DNA of 64,000 nucleotides from an uncultured delta proteobacterium (GTDB lineage Bacteria; Myxococcota; UBA727; VGSZ01): NCBI GenBank assembly GCA_963775425.1, contig CAVZJB010000016.1, positions 992,001 to 1,056,000 of the forward strand, read 5' to 3'. Shown piece by piece: positions 63,122 to 64,000 of this stretch (position 1 is its first letter; each line of letters starts with the position of its first letter). The notes under the pieces were generated by a model. It saw only the letters and a program-made list of their open reading frames with translations, ran no database searches and was not told where the DNA came from. The position numbers and the translations under genes were made by a program.

Positions 63122-64000
63122 GGCGCACCCCCTTGCGTCGTCGGGGGCGTCGTCGTTTGGGGGCGGTGTCGAGGACGCGGCATCGGGCGACGAGAGGGCC
63201 CACACGACGCCCCAGACGGCGACGGGCACACCGATGGCGGCGACTGCGGCGCCCGCGTCGACCGCGATGCTGCCCGCGGCGTTCCAGGTCTGGCGCGCGT
63301 CGGCGAGGTCCTGCTGCGCGGTCTGGGCCGCGGCGAGCGTAGAGGGATCCTTGGCGAAGCCGGCCTCGGCGGCGGCCACGCGACCCTTGGCGTCACCGTA
63401 TTGAAACAGCGGCACGAGGCCGACGCCGACGAGCGCGAGCCCGACGAGAGTGGCAACGCCGCCGCCGCCGGCCACCACCCACGGCAGCGCCCCCGGCCCC
63501 TGCGCCACCGGCGCGCGCTGCTCTTCTTCCTTCTCCGGCGCGAGCGGCGGCAGGACCAGGCCATGCTCCTCGTAGAAGCGGCCGATCAGCTCGTGGAGCT
63601 TGGGGCGCAGCTTTTTGGGGATGCGCTTGACGTCTTCGGCCTGCACGATGACGCGGCCGAGGCCGACGGCCTTTTGCGAGTCGAAGAGGTTGAGGTTCAA
63701 GACGAGCGCGTCGCCGAGCGTGCCGACGTTACCGAAGACCACGAGCTGCGCGCCCAGGGCGTCGGCTATCTCGGCGAGGCACGATGCGTCCTCGCTGCAG
63801 CCCATGCTCGAGCGATCGGCCTCGAGCTGCACAAGCTGCTTGAGGTCGTCGCCGGAGACGACGTCGAGCGCGGCGTACTGCGACAGCCCCGTGGCAACGA
63901 GCCCCTGCAGCGTGGTCACGATGGAGGCGTCGACGTCGTTCGCCTTCAGGTCGAGCACCAGCAGGCGGTAGCGCGCGGCGGCCTTGTCCGTCGCGGGCGG
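63118..64000 (-). CDS. Myxobacterial TolB-N/CsgG-like domain + C-terminal hydrophobic segments protein (5' end outside window; 3' frame ambiguous)
   Basis: LLVLDL...GCSEDASCLAEIADALGAQLVVFGNVG..G...LNLNL; reads in frame into the next gene, probably because of a 1-nt indel. Confidence 0.7.

Overview
Very GC-rich bacterial chromosomal segment (roughly 70%+ by eye). The gene content points to a Myxococcota/deltaproteobacterial lineage (inference): CdnL/CarD, DUF4388 response regulators, Cys-rich/GE-repeat lipoproteins, a eukaryote-like Ser/Thr kinase and a lidless Hsp70. It is densely coding, with about 60 genes. Housekeeping genes include a fused E1 2-oxoacid dehydrogenase, tatA, cysS, cdnL, rsmE, rlmB, pyrF, lolA, an M16 protease pair, prolyl oligopeptidase, and a cysH-cysD-cysN-cobA-cysI-DUF934-sirC sulfate assimilation operon. 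There are also many signalling and surface proteins. I found no rRNA, tRNA, CRISPR array, integrase or transposase by eye. The best candidate for an undescribed system is a stand-alone module at 53.6-56.0 kb: two SycD/LcrH-like type III secretion class II chaperones flank a Gly-rich, Cys/Trp/Tyr-free protein with a needle/translocator-like C-terminal helix and its own UUCG terminator, with no injectisome genes in the window. A highly structured ~600 nt intergenic region and an unsignalled peptidoglycan-binding protein lie close by. Other notable items are a zinc-ribbon insertion in CysRS, a series of apparent pseudo-enzymes, a 45-aa highly basic protein, a 9-bp coding VNTR, an intergenic repeat tract, and two probable single-base indel errors. 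All calls are motif-based, made without database searches.
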